The notes beneath the pieces were generated by a model. The model had not been told where the DNA came from. It ran no database searches and was given only the letters and a program-made list of their open reading frames with translations. From the NCBI GenBank assembly GCA_037133055.1, contig JBAXOY010000019.1:1-36483 (forward strand): a stretch of DNA of 36,483 nucleotides, read 5' to 3'. A program made the translations under genes and the position numbers. Below, one piece after another: positions 33,971-36,483 of the stretch. The stretch comes from Chlamydiota bacterium (lineage in GTDB: Bacteria > Auribacterota > Tritonobacteria > UBA1439). How positions within the stretch are numbered: the stretch's first letter is position 1; the number at the start of each line of letters is the position of its first letter.

Positions 33971-36468
33971 TACTTCTTCTCCTTCGCCGTGCGCTCGCGC
34001 CCCGTGATCGCGCCCGCGAAGCACTGCAGTGAACAGAGGCCGCAGCCGACGCACTTCTCGGGATCGGTGACCGGGTGCCTGTCCTTGTCGAGAGTGATCG
34101 CGAGGTACGGGCACCGGGTGCAGTTTCCGCAGCTCACGCAGAGGTCGGGGTCAGCCTCGGAGACCTTCTTCTCGCCGCTCAACGCCATGAAATCCCTGAT
34201 CGGCTTCGGCTGGGCCCTCCCGACAAGTTCGGCCACGGACTTGATCCCCCGGTCCGCCATGAGATGGCTCAACCCCTGTCTCAGGTCGTCGATGATCCCG
34301 TAGCCGTATTTTTCAACGATGGTGCAGAACTGCACCGTCCCCGCGCCCAGGGCAAGGAAATCGGCGGCGGCCTTGTAGTCCATCGGCCCGGCGTTCCCGG
34401 AGATATTCACCCCCATTCCGCCTGCGCCCGCAAGGCAGAGGTAGCTTATCGGCGTGACGCCCCCGCCGCTCATCCCGACGACGACCCCCTCCTCCCACTC
34501 CTTTTTCTCGCCCGGCTTGAAGCAGAGCGTCGGGAAGGTGTTGGCCAGCGTCACCCCGGCTTTCGCGGCGGGATGCTTCTCGAAGGCCTTCTTCACCTCG
34601 CGGAGGATGACCCGGATGTCGGTGACGGCGCTCGTGAGCTTGAAGAGCTTCGGGACGGCGGGATTTCCCGCCTCGAGCACCCACCCGATGATCTTCGCGG
34701 TAAGGGCGGCGTTCTGCGACACGATGTCGCCCTCCGCGCCCTCGCCCCCCTGCGGGCATGAGAGGCTGTACTCGATGAGCATCGCCCCGGCCCGCTCGAG
34801 TTTCTTCGTGTTCCCCTGCCACGAGGCGCGGTCGGCCGCGTCGTTCCCCGAGACGGTCCCGCCGGTCGAAGCGGCGGTGAGCCTGTCGGGGTACCGTTTC
34901 ACGAGTCTCCGGATCTCGCCGCACACGCGGTCGAGCGTGTGGTCGGAGACGTTGTCGCAGTTCCCCCACGTTTCCTCCGAGAAGCAGTTCATGTACCCGG
35001 CCGGAATGTGGATGGGGAGGCCGTCGAACGCGGTCTTGAAGATGGCGCCCGGCCAGCCCGCCTCGTAGGCCTCTTTCACCTGCTCGAAGCCGTCCGTCGC
35101 CGGCGACGCGGAGAGGAGGAACGGCGCGCTCAACGCCCGCCCAAAGTACTCCGCATCGAGGGGCACGGGCTCGAAGTCGTACCCCGGGACGGCGACCGCG
35201 CTCTTCGTCGCCTTCCCGATCCGCGGCGGTTTTTTCCCGGAGAGGAACGCGTCCGTTTCCTCGGCCGCGTTCTTCCCCGCCGCGGCGGCTTCGACCACCG
35301 TGGTCGGGCCGGCCACCGCGTCCCCGGCGAAAAAGACGCCGCGAACGCCGCAGGGCTTGAGTCCGGCCTTCGCGCCTATGGCCGTGATGACATGGTCGAA
35401 GCCGCACCGCTCCTGCGCGCTCCCCTTCACCTCGCGGATCGCCTTCAGGCTGAACTCCTTCCCCGCGGGGAGCTCGACCTTGACCGTTTTCAAACCCGTG
35501 ACCTTCTTCCCGCGCGCCGCGATCTCCGTCACCCTCGTGCGCCCGCTCACCTCGATCCCGTTGTCCATGAGCTCCCGGCGCTCGCGGGGAGTCAGCGGCA
35601 TCTCCCCGATCGACTCGAGCGCGAACATCTCGACCGCCGCGGCGCCCCCGCGCTTCGCCGTCACCGCGCAGTCGAGCGCGCTCGCTCCGCCCCCGATCAC
35701 CGCCACGCGCCCCTTCAGGCGGGAGCGGCGCGGGTCCCTCAGGTAGTCGATGCCGAAGATCGCCCTCTCTTCGCCGGGGATTCCCATCCGCACCGGCGCC
35801 CAGAGCCCCGTCGCTACGACCACGGCGCCGTAGCCGCGCGCGAGCAGCTTCGCCGGGTCGTCGATCGCCCTCCCCGCCTTGAGCGCTATCCGCTCCATCG
35901 AGAAGACAAATTTAAGATCGCTCTCGAGGATCGCCCGGGGCAGCCGGTGCGCGGGAATGCAGGCGCACATCCCGCCCGCCGCCTTTTCGCTCTCGAACAT
36001 ATCCACCGCGTAGCCGCGCTGGGCGAGCACGATGGCAGCGGCGAGCCCCGCGGGCCCCGCGCCGACGATCGCGACTTTTTTCCCGTTCGGCTCGGGCCTC
36101 CTGAAACGGGGCATCGCCCCCATCGTCTTCGCCTTCGCGATGATCGTCGCCTGGACCGCGGGGATCCTGACGGGGGAGCCGAAACGCTCGTGCACGCAGG
36201 CCTTCATGCAGTGCCGGTCGGGGCAGACCATCCCGCATATCCCGCCGAGCGGGTTCTGGCTCATGATGTGCGCCGCAGCACGCCGTATGTCCGACGGGTT
36301 CCCGACCTTCGCGGACCTGATGAAATCAAAGGGGGAGCAGTCGCACGGGCAGGCGATCTTGCAGGGCTTCTCCGCGCAGTACTCGCACTTCTCGAGCTCT
36401 GCCTTCAGTTGGGCGTCGGTGAGCAGCACGTTGTCCGGCGCCGTGCGCAGCCCGGGGGATTTTTTCAT
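33970..36468 (-). CDS. Single-chain dihydropyrimidine-dehydrogenase-like flavoprotein (PreT/GltD domain + PreA/DHODH barrel + 2x[4Fe-4S])
   Basis: CEYCAEKPCKIACP, NPLGGICGMVCP, GAGPAG, GGGASALDC; PFLLSASP, AGWPGAIFKT, SLSCPQ, KLT, ANT, GMSG, VQFCT; CVSCGNC and CVGCGLC. Confidence 0.85.
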   Translation of the reverse strand: MKKSPGLRTAPDNVLLTDAQLKAELEKCEYCAEKPCKIACPCDCSPFDFIRSAKVGNPSDIRRAAAHIMSQNPLGGICGMVCPDRHCMKACVHERFGSPVRIPAVQATIIAKAKTMGAMPRFRRPEPNGKKVAIVGAGPAGLAAAIVLAQRGYAVDMFESEKAAGGMCACIPAHRLPRAILESDLKFVFSMERIALKAGRAIDDPAKLLARGYGAVVVATGLWAPVRMGIPGEERAIFGIDYLRDPRRSRLKGRVAVIGGGASALDCAVTAKRGGAAAVEMFALESIGEMPLTPRERRELMDNGIEVSGRTRVTEIAARGKKVTGLKTVKVELPAGKEFSLKAIREVKGSAQERCGFDHVITAIGAKAGLKPCGVRGVFFAGDAVAGPTTVVEAAAAGKNAAEETDAFLSGKKPPRIGKATKSAVAVPGYDFEPVPLDAEYFGRALSAPFLLSASPATDGFEQVKEAYEAGWPGAIFKTAFDGLPIHIPAGYMNCFSEETWGNCDNVSDHTLDRVCGEIRRLVKRYPDRLTAASTGGTVSGNDAADRASWQGNTKKLERAGAMLIEYSLSCPQGGEGAEGDIVSQNAALTAKIIGWVLEAGNPAVPKLFKLTSAVTDIRVILREVKKAFEKHPAAKAGVTLANTFPTLCFKPGEKKEWEEGVVVGMSGGGVTPISYLCLAGAGGMGVNISGNAGPMDYKAAADFLALGAGTVQFCTIVEKYGYGIIDDLRQGLSHLMADRGIKSVAELVGRAQPKPIRDFMALSGEKKVSEADPDLCVSCGNCTRCPYLAITLDKDRHPVTDPEKCVGCGLCSLQCFAGAITGRERTAKEKK

Positions 36469-36483
36469 TGCCTTCCTTTCCTT

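Noticed and set aside
8363..36468. Selenocysteine read-through in the selenium-associated genes (ygeY, xdh, ssnA, DPD-like)
   Set aside because: All four ORFs are full length with no internal TGA, and no SECIS-like requirement is evident.
1..36483. tRNA, rRNA or known riboswitch
   Set aside because: No cloverleaf, rRNA-like or recognisable riboswitch consensus was seen in the short intergenic regions by eye; an Rfam/tRNAscan run would be decisive.

Overview
This is a high-GC chromosomal window from a probably anaerobic bacterium, with about 27 real genes; most other long ORFs in the track are antisense shadows. From left to right: (1) a minus-strand surface-glycan cluster (GT4, GT-C-like membrane protein, CDP-sugar epimerase, GT4, GT2, methyltransferase, O-antigen ligase-like protein), joined without a gap to ygeY and adenine deaminase; (2) serC divergent from a DUF1015-serA-gdh unit; (3) a second gdh followed by a NuoE/NuoF/GltD-NuoG-fusion trio resembling the electron-bifurcating Sporomusa-type transhydrogenase StnABC; (4) a lower-GC REP-associated tyrosine transposase (RAYT) plus a MoaD/ThiS gene, bracketed by two inverted 48-bp REP doublets; (5) a three-subunit xanthine-dehydrogenase-family operon; (6) a secreted ComEC-type MBL hydrolase and an M48 peptidase; (7) ssnA and a single-chain dihydropyrimidine-dehydrogenase-like flavoprotein. 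The best candidates for undescribed biology are: an anaerobic purine-degradation set in which a DPD-architecture enzyme with altered motifs sits where ygfK usually does; a DUF1015(ParB/SerK-like)-SerA-SerC-GDH serine/phosphoserine module; and a REP-bounded RAYT+MoaD unit whose left REP supplies the stop codon of the Stn-like large subunit. All calls come from motif reading only; no searches were run.
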